DNA of 64,000 nt from Parcubacteria group bacterium ADurb.Bin159 (GTDB taxonomy: Bacteria; Patescibacteriota; Patescibacteriia; UBA2591; MWDC01): positions 8,814-72,813 of the forward strand of contig MWDC01000002.1 of NCBI GenBank assembly GCA_002070355.1. The letters run 5' to 3'. A program made the translations under genes and the position numbers. Position 1 is the stretch's first letter. The number at the start of each line of letters is the position of its first letter. The notes under the pieces are model-generated. The model was not told the DNA's origin. It did not search any database and worked only from the letters and a program-made list of their open reading frames with translations. Shown one piece after another: positions 37,346 to 46,426 of the stretch.

Positions 37346-37897
37346 TTACGTTGCTTCACGAATTGTTACATCAATATATTCAATGCCGTAGCTATAAGGA
37401 GTAATTTTTAAGGTGTAATCTCCTGCTTTTTCAATAGTAAAATTAAATTCTTTAAAAGAATTAGAGTTTTTATTTGGAGAATTAGGAATAGATCCTTTTA
37501 AAATTTCTTCTTTTTCTAAGTAAATAATTGTTTTTTTGTCAGGATTTTTTAATTCTACTTCAACAGAGGCCTCTGGCGAATTTTTCCCTTCTTGAATAAG
37601 AGGTTGCATAGCAACCATTAAATATAAAATTAATTTTTCATTTTCTTTCTCTAATGGAATAAGAGCTGTTTTTGTTTCTCCTGGTTTAATCGAGGAAGGA
37701 AGTAAATTGTCTTTTTTACCACAATCTTCTTTATAACAAATAGCTGTTCCAGGAAATCTGCCTCGCCAAATAGCAGGATGTTTTATCTCTTGTTGATCCG
37801 CAAACCAAACAATGGTAAAAATTACTCCTACAGCAAGCGCCATAGTAAAAAACATTATAAAAAGAGGATTTTGAAATATGTTTCGTTTTTTGGGCAT
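37346..37897 (-). CDS. single-TM membrane protein with the same extracytoplasmic domain (paralog)
   Basis: 183 aa; an N-terminal TM helix followed by the shared domain. It lies 9 nt upstream of its paralog and is co-oriented with tRNA-Pro. Confidence 0.6.
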   Translation of the reverse strand: MPKKRNIFQNPLFIMFFTMALAVGVIFTIVWFADQQEIKHPAIWRGRFPGTAICYKEDCGKKDNLLPSSIKPGETKTALIPLEKENEKLILYLMVAMQPLIQEGKNSPEASVEVELKNPDKKTIIYLEKEEILKGSIPNSPNKNSNSFKEFNFTIEKAGDYTLKITPYSYGIEYIDVTIREAT

Positions 37898-38078
37898 TTT
37901 TTTTAATTTCTATAGTTTTAAAACCAAAAGATTCAATTCGCATTACTAAACGAAGTACGAACCTTTTTTGAGTAAAGTCCTGAATGATTGCCGTGCTTTG
38001 CGGGCAGACACCAAAACGGAACGCTCGGGCGGGGCGAGTGAGTGAACAAATTCCTCACAAAATTCGTAATGTTTAGAT

Positions 38079-38153
38079 TGGTCGGGGTAGCCGGACTTGA
38101 ACCGGCGACCTCATCGTCCCGAACGATGCGCGCTACCACTGCGCTATACCCCG
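38079..38153 (-). tRNA. tRNA-Pro (anticodon CGG), with CCA encoded
   Basis: The reverse complement reads CGGGGTA-TA-GCGC-AGTGGTA-GCGC-G-CATCG-TTCGGGA-CGATG-AGGTC-GCCGG-TTCAAGT-CCGGC-TACCCCG-A-CCA. This is a canonical cloverleaf with a 7-bp acceptor stem and TTCGGGA anticodon loop. Two ORF-track entries (37933-38190 and 38097-38462) overlap it and are spurious. Confidence 0.9.
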
Positions 38154-38162
38154 CTTGCTTTA

Positions 38163-38190
38163 ATTGTAAAAGATTATGGTAAAAAGTCAA
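38163..38190 (-). promoter_or_regulatory. promoter TTGACT-N16-TACAAT for tRNA-Pro (minus strand); the -10 box ends 9 nt before the mature 5' end
   Basis: The reverse complement of agtcaa (38185-38190) and attgta (38163-38168). Confidence 0.5.
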
Positions 38191-38280
38191 AATATGCCAA
38201 ATACTCCTTCTGCTGGTTTGTCATGGAAATTTTGGATTTTAATATCTTGTTTTCGTTTTATAAATTGCTAAAATATTATT

Positions 38281-40476
38281 ATGAGCCAAAAAACACAAAA
38301 TATATTATTAGAGATAATTTATTTTGGCAGCGCCCTGATTTTGTTTTTGCCTCTTTTGGTCTTAAAAACCACTATATATCCTTTTATTTTTCCCAAGGTT
38401 ATTTTTTTTCAAATTATTGTAGAAATTATTTTTGCTGTTTGGCTGGGATTGGCTATTTATGAGCCAAAATTTCGCCCAAATTGGAAAAACCCAGTGCTTA
38501 TAAGTTTAATTGTTTTTGTAAGTTTTTTAATTCTTTCGGGTATTTTTGGCTTGGATATTTATCGTTCTTTTTATTCAACTCAAGAAAGAATGACAGGCAT
38601 ATTAACTTGGTTGCATCTTTTGATTTGGTTTATAATACTTTCGTCTGTTTTTACACAAGAAAAAGAAATTAAAAAATTAATTTGGATAACGCTAATTGTT
38701 TCTTTCTTGGTTGGTTTATACGGCATTGGCCAACGTTTTGGTCTGTCATTTTTGATAAAAGATAAAAATGTGCGATTGACCTCTACTTTGGGTAATCCTA
38801 TTTTTTTGGGTGTATATAGTATGATGCACTTTTTTCTGGGCCTTTTTTTGTTTTTAAAAGAAAAGAGAAAAATTCGTTTTTTCACTTTGGCTTTATCTAT
38901 TTTTAATTTAGTAATTATGTTTTTGGCTGCTTCAAGGGGGGTGATGCTGGCTACTATAATTGGTATAATACTTATAATTGGAGTGATGATTTTTACTTTA
39001 AAAAAACGAAAATTAAGGAATATTTTAAGCATTTTATTTGTTATTTTTATTATCAGTGTTGTTTCAATTATTATTTATATTCAGGGTAAACCATTACCCC
39101 AAAAAGCGCCTTATGCTTTAACTCGTTTATCTAATTTAATGGGTTCAGCTGAAGATAGATTAATTGCTTGGGGAATTGCCAAGAATGGTTTTGAAGAAAA
39201 GCCATTTTTAGGTTGGGGTTGGGCTAATTATAACTTAATTTTTAATAAATATTATAACCCCTATTTTTTAGAAAAAGGCCTGTCAGCCACTTGGTTTGAT
39301 CATTCTCATAATCAACTTTTAGATATTTTGGCGTTAAGTGGAATTTTAGGATTTTTAGCTTATCTCTCTATTTTTTTAACCATTTTAATTATTTGGGGAA
39401 AATTTTTGAAAGAAGCGGATAAACAGGACAAATTGGCTATTTCTGTTTTATCCACTTTGAATATAGCATATTTTATTCAAAATATTTTTGTTTTTGATAC
39501 ACCAGCGCCTCTTTTTATTTTTATTTTTAATTTAGCTTTATTTTCTTTTTATAGTCAAAAACAATATTCTTCTAAAAATCTTGTTAAAGAAAATAAAAAA
39601 AATAAATTTCCTTTGCCAATTTTTATTTTTTTAATTATTTTATTTTTATCTTTTTCTCTTTGGTCTTTTAATTTTTCTCCTTTTAATCAATCTAAATTAG
39701 GCGCGCAAGCAAATCAGGCGTCAAAAGTTGATTTTAGCCAAAGTATTTATTTATTTAACAAATCTTTGGAAAAAAGCACTTTTACTGCGCCAGAAATTAG
39801 GGCTCTTTTAGCTAAAACAATAAGCGATAATAAACCACCCAAAGTTTCTACTGATACTTATAATATTGGTTTGGAATTGGCTATTTCCCAAATGGAAAAA
39901 AACGTTAAAGAACATCCTTTGGATGCCCATTATTGGCTATATTTAGGTCAACTTTACGGGCTTTCTAGCGATCAAAATAATAAAAATCTTGATTTAGCTG
40001 AAGAAGCGCTAAAAAAGGCATTTTCTCTTTCACCTAAACGGCAAGAAATATATTATGAATTAAGTAATATATATCTTTTAAAACGAGAACCAGCAAAAGC
40101 TTTAGAATGGGCGAGACAAGCTGTTATTTTAGATGGAAATGTGGGAATGAGCTGGTGGCATTTAGCCGTAGCTTATCTTGTTTCTGGAGAGAAAATAAAA
40201 GCCACAAAAGTTCTTGATAAAGCTGTTTGGCAATTTGGTTATTATAGGCCGGGATTAGATAAATATTTTGCTGATGCTTATAAAGAAGCGGAAAATTATG
40301 AGCGGGCTATTTATTTCTGCGATAAAGCCGTGGTAAATGAGCCGAAAGATTTAGAAGGTTCAATTTTTTGTTTTACTTTAGCTAAACAAAAAGGGAAAGA
40401 AGATAAAGCCAATTATTATTTTTCAAAAATTAAAGAGCAAGATGAAGAATTAGCTGAACAATTGGCCGGAATATAG
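38281..40476 (+). CDS. O-antigen ligase (Wzy_C) family membrane protein fused to C-terminal TPR repeats
   Basis: An N-terminal half of about 12 TM helices with HSHNQLLDILALSGILGFLAY (O-antigen ligase motif), and a C-terminal 250 aa of TPR-like helical repeats. It is a paralog of 59549-61822. Confidence 0.7.
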   Translation: MSQKTQNILLEIIYFGSALILFLPLLVLKTTIYPFIFPKVIFFQIIVEIIFAVWLGLAIYEPKFRPNWKNPVLISLIVFVSFLILSGIFGLDIYRSFYSTQERMTGILTWLHLLIWFIILSSVFTQEKEIKKLIWITLIVSFLVGLYGIGQRFGLSFLIKDKNVRLTSTLGNPIFLGVYSMMHFFLGLFLFLKEKRKIRFFTLALSIFNLVIMFLAASRGVMLATIIGIILIIGVMIFTLKKRKLRNILSILFVIFIISVVSIIIYIQGKPLPQKAPYALTRLSNLMGSAEDRLIAWGIAKNGFEEKPFLGWGWANYNLIFNKYYNPYFLEKGLSATWFDHSHNQLLDILALSGILGFLAYLSIFLTILIIWGKFLKEADKQDKLAISVLSTLNIAYFIQNIFVFDTPAPLFIFIFNLALFSFYSQKQYSSKNLVKENKKNKFPLPIFIFLIILFLSFSLWSFNFSPFNQSKLGAQANQASKVDFSQSIYLFNKSLEKSTFTAPEIRALLAKTISDNKPPKVSTDTYNIGLELAISQMEKNVKEHPLDAHYWLYLGQLYGLSSDQNNKNLDLAEEALKKAFSLSPKRQEIYYELSNIYLLKREPAKALEWARQAVILDGNVGMSWWHLAVAYLVSGEKIKATKVLDKAVWQFGYYRPGLDKYFADAYKEAENYERAIYFCDKAVVNEPKDLEGSIFCFTLAKQKGKEDKANYYFSKIKEQDEELAEQLAGI

Positions 40477-40575
40477 AATAAATAAAATTTTAAATCCGAA
40501 TTTTAGAAAATTTAAAAGTTAAAATGAGATTAAATCTTAAAATTCAAAAAATTAAAACCTAAATTTTGATTTATT

Positions 40576-41802
40576 ATGGCGTTTTTTAGGACAATTAAAA
40601 ATATTAAAAATCTTTACGGGAAACGAGTTTTAATGCGCGTTGATTTTAATTTTACCCTAAAAGACGGAAAACCCATAGATAGTTTTCGTTTAAAAGCCAT
40701 ATTTCCTACTTTAGAATTTTTAAAACCATTTAGAACAAAACTAATTTTAATCAGTCATTTTGGCGAACCCAAGGGAAAATTTGATAAAAAATATAGTTTA
40801 GAGCCTATAGCTAAATGGCTATTAAACCAAGATAAAATTTTTCAAAACTTAAAATTTATTGTCAATCCGTTTGAGAAAGAGGGGAGAGAAGCAATCCAAA
40901 ATTTGAAAGAAGGAGATATTGCTCTTTTAGAAAATATCCGCTTCTGGAAAGGAGAAGAAGAAAATAATCCAAAATTTGCGCAAAAATTAGCTAATTTTGG
41001 GGATATTTATATTAACGAAGCATTTTCTGTTTCTCATCGAGCACATTCTTCTATAACGGGATTACCTAAAATTTTACCCAGTTACGCTGGGATAAATTTT
41101 GAAAATGAAGTTAATAATTTAAATCAAGTTTTAAAAAAATATCATCATCCTTTTACTCTTATTTTAGGAGGAGCAAAAATTAGCACTAAACTTGGTTTGC
41201 TTTTAAATTTTAAGAACAAAGCAAATTTTATTCTTATTGGCGGCGCTATGGCTAACACTTTTTTAAAAGCAAAGGGATCCAATATAGGCAATTCTTTAAT
41301 AGAAGAAACAATGCTTTCAAAAGCCAAAGAAATTCTAAAACAAAAAAATTTGATTTTACCTAATGATGTGATGATAAAAATGAGAAATAAAAAAATACGA
41401 ATTATAGATATTGACAAATTAAACGATTTAAAGCATAATGATTTTAAGATATTGGATATTGGCCCGAAAACGATAAAAAAATTTTCTGATATTATTAAAA
41501 CATCTAAAGAAATAATTTGGAATGGACCATTAGGTTATTTTGAGGAGAAACCCTTTACTCAAGGAACGGTAAAAATAATTCAAAGTATTTTGTCTAATAA
41601 AAAGGCGAGAATAACTATTGGTGGGGGAGAAACCATAGTTTGCCTTGGACAGGCAAAGGTTAAACGTCCGATGCCAAATGCCGAAAATAAAATATTCGTT
41701 TCTACTGGAGGAGGGGCGATGCTTGAATTTTTAAGCGGGAAAGAATTACCCGGTTTAATCGCCTTGACAAAAAATAAGGATTTGGTAAATTTAAATAAAT
41801 AA
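40576..41802 (+). CDS. pgk: phosphoglycerate kinase
   Basis: 408 aa. N-terminus VLMRVDFNFTLKDGKPID, the hinge, and C-terminal nucleotide-binding GGGETIV / GGGAMLEFL motifs. Confidence 0.9.
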   Translation: MAFFRTIKNIKNLYGKRVLMRVDFNFTLKDGKPIDSFRLKAIFPTLEFLKPFRTKLILISHFGEPKGKFDKKYSLEPIAKWLLNQDKIFQNLKFIVNPFEKEGREAIQNLKEGDIALLENIRFWKGEEENNPKFAQKLANFGDIYINEAFSVSHRAHSSITGLPKILPSYAGINFENEVNNLNQVLKKYHHPFTLILGGAKISTKLGLLLNFKNKANFILIGGAMANTFLKAKGSNIGNSLIEETMLSKAKEILKQKNLILPNDVMIKMRNKKIRIIDIDKLNDLKHNDFKILDIGPKTIKKFSDIIKTSKEIIWNGPLGYFEEKPFTQGTVKIIQSILSNKKARITIGGGETIVCLGQAKVKRPMPNAENKIFVSTGGGAMLEFLSGKELPGLIALTKNKDLVNLNK

Positions 41803-41814
41803 AATAATTTAGCC

Positions 41815-41901
41815 GAAGAAAGTAGGGGATTATAACAATCTTAAAAATCCTATTGAGGCAAAACATTAGACCTACTTTCTTCTTTATACTGTAGGTTTTT
41901 T
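41815..41901 (+). terminator. pgk 3' structure: a perfect 12-bp inverted repeat gaagaaagtagg/cctactttcttc (41815-41826 and 41871-41882), plus an alternative cctac..gtagg + T6 hairpin (41871-41901)
   Basis: There are two mutually exclusive pairings for the cctac segment. The T-run is followed by tatataat (41901-41908), a -10-like box. Confidence 0.45.
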
Positions 41902-41944
41902 ATATAATTAAAAAATAAATTTTACCTTTACTAAACAGAAATTT

Positions 41945-42160
41945 GTTTTCGTGGTAATCCCTCGCTACCGCTCCGAGCTTTGACAAATAATACTCGCTCG
42001 CTTCGGGGAGCCCTCTAAAATTCCGCTCGCTTTGCTCGCTCCAGTTTTAGTTTCCCTCTCGCTCGCTTCGTTTATTTGTTACAAATCTCTCCGCTCAAAC
42101 GCTCGGGATTAGACGAAAACAATTAATTTTTTCCTGCCCACCTATTGGCAGGCAGGGATT
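41945..42160 (+). promoter_or_regulatory. structured 5' leader of rplJ-rplL (candidate L10 autoregulatory leader) ending in a terminator-like hairpin
   Basis: Two 7-bp long-range helices, gttttcg..taatccc (41945-41961) with gggatta..cgaaaac (42105-42120), enclose about 140 nt rich in ctcgctcgcttcg repeats. Then cctgcc-cacctatt-ggcagg (42133-42154) plus a T-rich run immediately before the ATG. Confidence 0.5.
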
Positions 42161-42173
42161 TTTGATTTTTTTT

Positions 42174-42686
42174 ATGCCTAAAACACGTCAAGAAAAAGAA
42201 AATCTTATTAAAAATTTGTCTTATGATTTAAATGAGGCAAAAATTGTGGTTTTTACTAATCATTTAGGTTTGAATGCCAATGAATTAAATAGTTTAAGGA
42301 AAATTTTAAGAGAAAATGAATGTAAATACCAAGTAGTTAAAAAAACCCTTTTAAAAAAGGTTTACCAAAATAAAAATATAGAAGAAGAGATAGATAAACT
42401 TGAAGGAGGAGTGGGAGTAATTTTTAGTTTTGGAGACGAGATTAAGGGGCCCAAAGCAGCTCTTAAATTTTCAGAGGAAAAAGCAAAATTTAAGATAAAC
42501 GGGGGAATTTGGAATAAAAATTATTTAACTGGAAACGAAATTTTGTCTTTAGCTAATTTACCTTCTAAAAAAACGCTTTTATCCCAAGTTGCGGGTAATA
42601 TTAGTTTTCCCTTAAAACGATTAGATTATATTCTTAAATATAATTTACAAAGGTTGATTTTAGTTTTAGAATCTTTATCTAAATAA
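42174..42686 (+). CDS. rplJ: 50S ribosomal protein L10
   Basis: MPKTRQEKENLIKNL..IVVFTNHLGLNANELNSLRKILRE..KYQVVKKTL. Confidence 0.9.
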   Translation: MPKTRQEKENLIKNLSYDLNEAKIVVFTNHLGLNANELNSLRKILRENECKYQVVKKTLLKKVYQNKNIEEEIDKLEGGVGVIFSFGDEIKGPKAALKFSEEKAKFKINGGIWNKNYLTGNEILSLANLPSKKTLLSQVAGNISFPLKRLDYILKYNLQRLILVLESLSK

Positions 42687-42703
42687 TTTTTATATTTTTT
42701 ATT

Positions 42704-43132
42704 ATGGTTGAAGAAAAACAAAAACAAGAAGAAAAAAAAGAGGCAAATGAAGTGCCTTTAAAGTTTCAGAAGATTGTTGAAGAAATAGAAAAATTGAATG
42801 TTTTGGAGCTTAGCGAGTTAGTTAAGGTTCTGGAAAAGAGATTTGATATTTCTCCTATGCCGATAGTAAGCGGAGCGATAGGGGTGGCTTCTGAAGCGCC
42901 AGAGAAGAAAGGTGAAGAACAAACTGTTTTTAATGTGGAATTAGCTGATGCGGGAACGAATAAAATCGGAGTGATTAAAAGCTTAAGAGAAGTTATTCAG
43001 ATTGGTTTAAAAGAAGCTAAAGATTTAGTTGATAATTTACCCAAAGTTGTTAAAGAGGGGGTTAATAAAGAAGAGGCCGAAACATTAAAGAAAAAGTTTG
43101 AAGAAGCGGGGGCGAAAGTGAATTTAATCTGA
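42704..43132 (+). CDS. rplL: 50S ribosomal protein L7/L12
   Basis: The C-terminal domain FNVELADAG..KIGVIKSLREV..GLKEAKDLVDNLPKVVKEGVNKEEAE..KKKFEEAGAKV. Confidence 0.9.
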   Translation: MVEEKQKQEEKKEANEVPLKFQKIVEEIEKLNVLELSELVKVLEKRFDISPMPIVSGAIGVASEAPEKKGEEQTVFNVELADAGTNKIGVIKSLREVIQIGLKEAKDLVDNLPKVVKEGVNKEEAETLKKKFEEAGAKVNLI

Positions 43133-45094
43133 AATTTGATATATTTCTGTTCCGGCAAGCAAGGTTATAACCCCATTTTTTTCTTCTATGCTTTTTAGGT
43201 TGGCAAAAGCAGGATTTTTATATTGGCTTACAAGCTCTCCTTCTTTATTATAAATAATAATTCTTTCTGTTTCTTTATCAGTAAAATAAAGATTATCTGT
43301 TTCAGAATGGGTATAAAGAAGAGCAGCGTTTTCTATTTCAGGGAAAACGTCTTTTTGTTTAAATTCTTTTTGTTCGCCGAGATAAAATTTGCTTATTATC
43401 CCGTCATTTCTTAGTAAATAGATATTGCCATTTATAGCAAAAGAAGCAATATTAGTGAAATTTCTTGGTTGGTTTTCCAATATCCAAGGCGTTCCTTTGG
43501 AAAAACCAATAATTGTTTCGGGGTATTTAAAAATTTGATGGGCTGTTTTGTCTAAAACATAGAGCCTGCCACCGTAAAGAGAAATATCGGAAATTTCAGT
43601 ATTATTTTGAGCTAATTCAATTGTTAGAGGAGTATAAGTTTTAGTTTTTAAATTAAAACGGCCAATATGTTTTGTCTCATCTAAAACCAAAAGATTGTCT
43701 TTATCCCAAGATATTAATTTATCAATTGTTGTTTTACCCTCTAAAGAAGTAGAGTAAAGAACAGATTTTTTGTTTAAAAGATTTATTTGCCAAAGATGAT
43801 TTGTTGTTTTATTGATTACATAAAAATAATCGCCATTCATTAATAAATTTGTTGGATTAAAGTTGATTTCTAAATCTTTAAGGCTAAACAAAGGAGTCAG
43901 ATCAATTGTCTGATATTTAAAGTATTGATTTATTAAAGCAAGCCATTCTTTTTTTAGGTCAGCATATTTTTCTTTTTGTAATTCATTGTTTTGGGGGAAT
44001 TCTTCTAAAATTGTTTCCATTTCTTTTAAAATAGTTTTTATTTCTCCCCCTGTTTGAACTACAGACAATTGTTCTTTTCTAAGATCGAATTCGGTTTGCG
44101 TCTCGGTAAGAAGTTGTTCTTCTTTTTTAATTTGAGAATTCTTTTTTGAGACGCTAATATTTTGAGCGAAAATAATTAAAGCAATGATAATTAAAATAAA
44201 AATAGCTTTTTGAAGAGAGCTTAAATGAGGCAATCGCACCTTTTTATTTTTTAAGGGTTGTTCTATCTTATAACCATTTTCTGGGACAAGATTAGCTAAC
44301 TCTTTTTTGGGCGGTTTTACTTTAACTTCTTTAATCTCTTTAACCTCTTTTTTTTCAGGTTTTAACTGTTCTTCCTTTTTATTTTCCGCTAAAAGTTTTT
44401 TTTCATCTTCTTCCTTATTATTTTTTGTTTCTTTCATTTGAATAATAAGCCCCTCTAAATTAAAATTAAAAGAAGAAGAACGATTTTCCAAAACAGCTTG
44501 AAATTCTAAAGGATTATTTGTTTTAAGCAATTCAGATATTTTATCTTCAGCAAAATAATCAAAGATATTTTCTAAAGTAAAAAACAAGGTATCTCCTTCG
44601 GATAAATTTCCGCTGATTATATTAATAAATTTTTTATCCTTTTCTTTCTCTTTGGGCTCGAGAAATTCAAATTGATTATCAGAAACTAAAAAAATTTGAA
44701 ACCCGCCGAATTTAGAAGAAAATATTTTTTCTTCAACAGCAAGAACTAAGCATAGCTCCATATTCTCAAAATATAATTTTTGAGAACGGAGTATTTCCCT
44801 TTTAAGCCAATCGTTGATTTTATTGAGCAAATTTTCAAAACCATCTTCCGGGGATTTAATTGATTCTATAGGGTTATAATAAATATCTTCTATTTGTATT
44901 AAAATTTTTTTTATAAATTCTTTAATTTCATCCTTTTCGTTTTTTAGGGGAGGGGAAGAAAACCAAAAATTGCTCATTAAATAAATATTGCCAAATTTTT
45001 GGAATTTACCAGTTGGCTCAATAGAGCGAATTAAGGGATAATTTTTCGCTTCAAGATTGTCGTCCCAGCAAAAATATGAGATTTGTGTTTGCAT
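43124..45094 (-). CDS. hypothetical bitopic membrane protein: N-terminal cytoplasmic domain (weak PP2C-like pattern), K/E-rich linker, TM helix, C-terminal beta-propeller-like repeats
   Basis: 656 aa. A TM helix AIFILIIIALIIF at about residue 300. The C-terminal repeats (GRLYVLDKTAHQIFKY, NLYFTDKETERIIIYNKEG) resemble NHL/YVTN blades. LSEGDTLFFTLENIFDY weakly resembles the PP2C GD..SDG motif. Confidence 0.45.
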   Translation of the reverse strand: MQTQISYFCWDDNLEAKNYPLIRSIEPTGKFQKFGNIYLMSNFWFSSPPLKNEKDEIKEFIKKILIQIEDIYYNPIESIKSPEDGFENLLNKINDWLKREILRSQKLYFENMELCLVLAVEEKIFSSKFGGFQIFLVSDNQFEFLEPKEKEKDKKFINIISGNLSEGDTLFFTLENIFDYFAEDKISELLKTNNPLEFQAVLENRSSSFNFNLEGLIIQMKETKNNKEEDEKKLLAENKKEEQLKPEKKEVKEIKEVKVKPPKKELANLVPENGYKIEQPLKNKKVRLPHLSSLQKAIFILIIIALIIFAQNISVSKKNSQIKKEEQLLTETQTEFDLRKEQLSVVQTGGEIKTILKEMETILEEFPQNNELQKEKYADLKKEWLALINQYFKYQTIDLTPLFSLKDLEINFNPTNLLMNGDYFYVINKTTNHLWQINLLNKKSVLYSTSLEGKTTIDKLISWDKDNLLVLDETKHIGRFNLKTKTYTPLTIELAQNNTEISDISLYGGRLYVLDKTAHQIFKYPETIIGFSKGTPWILENQPRNFTNIASFAINGNIYLLRNDGIISKFYLGEQKEFKQKDVFPEIENAALLYTHSETDNLYFTDKETERIIIYNKEGELVSQYKNPAFANLKSIEEKNGVITLLAGTEIYQISD

Positions 45095-45188
45095 AATTAT
45101 TATGTTTTGCTAAAATGATATAAAGAATTTTAATTATAGTATACAAAAAACAAAAAAATGTGCAACTTCAAAATAAGGTCTTCACTTT

Positions 45189-45578
45189 TTGACATTTATT
45201 ATGTTTTTATATTTTAACACTTTAGGAGATAAAAAAACAATTAAGGTTTTGGGAGCCAAAAAAGATGATGAAATTTGCTTTTTTGCTCCTAATAATTCAC
45301 AAGAGCATATTTTACTATATTTAAATAAATTGCAAAAAAGGGCAGGATTTGATTTAAAAGATATAAAAGGAATAATGGTGAATCAAGGGCCAGGTTCTTT
45401 TGCCGGAATTCGCAAGATTTTAACCATAGTTAATGTTATGGGGTGGTGTTTGCAAATTCCTGTACAGGGAGTTTCTTTAGAGCGAGAGAAAACAGAAGAA
45501 GAAGCGGTCAAAAAAGCATTAGCGAAAATAAAAAGAAAAAAAACAGGAAGTTTTGCTATGCCCGTGTATAAGATTTAA
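45189..45578 (+). CDS. truncated TsaB/YeaZ-like protein (N-terminal Kae1/YeaZ fold only; TTG start)
   Basis: 129 aa. IMVNQGPGSFAGIRKILTIVNVMGWCLQIPVQGVSLE matches the GPGSFTGxR core of TsaB. Confidence 0.45.
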   Translation: MTFIMFLYFNTLGDKKTIKVLGAKKDDEICFFAPNNSQEHILLYLNKLQKRAGFDLKDIKGIMVNQGPGSFAGIRKILTIVNVMGWCLQIPVQGVSLEREKTEEEAVKKALAKIKRKKTGSFAMPVYKI

Positions 45579-45664
45579 TATTAAAAGAGGCCTTGTCAAT
45601 TTTAATTAAATATGTTAATCTAAAATCAAAAATAAAGTTTTTAAAAAATTAATTAAAAATTTAT

Positions 45665-46417
45665 ATGATCAATATTCCTCTTACCAATGAATTAGCTAAA
45701 AACGCCGTACATTTAGGACATCGGACGAGCAGAGTCTGCCCTCAGATGCTTCCTTATATTAGCGGAGTGCAGGCGACTATTCATATTATTGATTTAGAAA
45801 AAACAAGGCAAAAATTAGAAGAAGCCTTGAATTTTTTAACCCATCTTATTCAAAATCAAGGTGTGATTCTTTTTGTGGGGACAAAACCATCGGCTAAAAA
45901 GATTATTAAAGAAGCGGCCTTAAAGGCAAATGTGCCTTATGTTAATGAAAAGTGGATAGGGGGAACATTGACCAATTTTCCAGTTATATTAGATAAACTG
46001 ATATCAAAACTAAAAACAATGCGCCAAGAGAAGAAAGATAATCTTTGGTTAGAATTGAATAAAAAAGAACAAATTGAAAAAGCAAGAGAAATAGAACGAT
46101 TAGAAAAAATGGTAGGGGGGATTGCTTCTCTTACAAAAATACCTGATGCTTTATTTGTAATAGATTTAATTAAAGAAAAAACGGCTATTCGTGAGGCAAA
46201 ACGGCTTAATATTCCAGTAATTGGTTTAGTTGACACCAACGCCAACCCTACGTTAATCGATTGGCCAATTCCCGCTAACGATGATGCTCGCCGGTCTATT
46301 CAATTTATTACTGATTTAGTTGTCCGAGCAATAAAAGAGGCTCAAAATCAACCCAAAAATTTAAAAAAAGAAAAAGAAAAAAATGAGAAAAAAGAAGAAA
46401 AAAAATCTGAAAAATAA
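45665..46417 (+). CDS. rpsB: 30S ribosomal protein S2 with a K/E-rich C-terminal tail
   Basis: AVHLGHRTSRVCPQMLPYI and the S2 fold. The tail is KNLKKEKEKNEKKEEKKSEK. Confidence 0.9.
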   Translation: MINIPLTNELAKNAVHLGHRTSRVCPQMLPYISGVQATIHIIDLEKTRQKLEEALNFLTHLIQNQGVILFVGTKPSAKKIIKEAALKANVPYVNEKWIGGTLTNFPVILDKLISKLKTMRQEKKDNLWLELNKKEQIEKAREIERLEKMVGGIASLTKIPDALFVIDLIKEKTAIREAKRLNIPVIGLVDTNANPTLIDWPIPANDDARRSIQFITDLVVRAIKEAQNQPKNLKKEKEKNEKKEEKKSEK

Positions 46418-46426
46418 TTTAATTTT

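Noticed and set aside
37960-38070. GC-richer patch downstream of tRNA-Pro as a possible second tRNA or small RNA
   Set aside because: No cloverleaf, T-loop (GTTCRAnyC) or acceptor pairing could be built. It is probably the 3' trailer or a terminator of the tRNA transcript.
37933-38462. ORF-track entries 37933-38190 (-) and 38097-38462 (+)
   Set aside because: Both overlap tRNA-Pro and its promoter, and the translations are low-complexity.
41930-42120. GC-rich ctcgctcgcttcg repeats as a CRISPR-like or minisatellite array
   Set aside because: The units are irregular in length and spacing. They are enclosed by long-range complementary arms and sit in the rplJ 5' UTR, which fits a structured leader RNA better.
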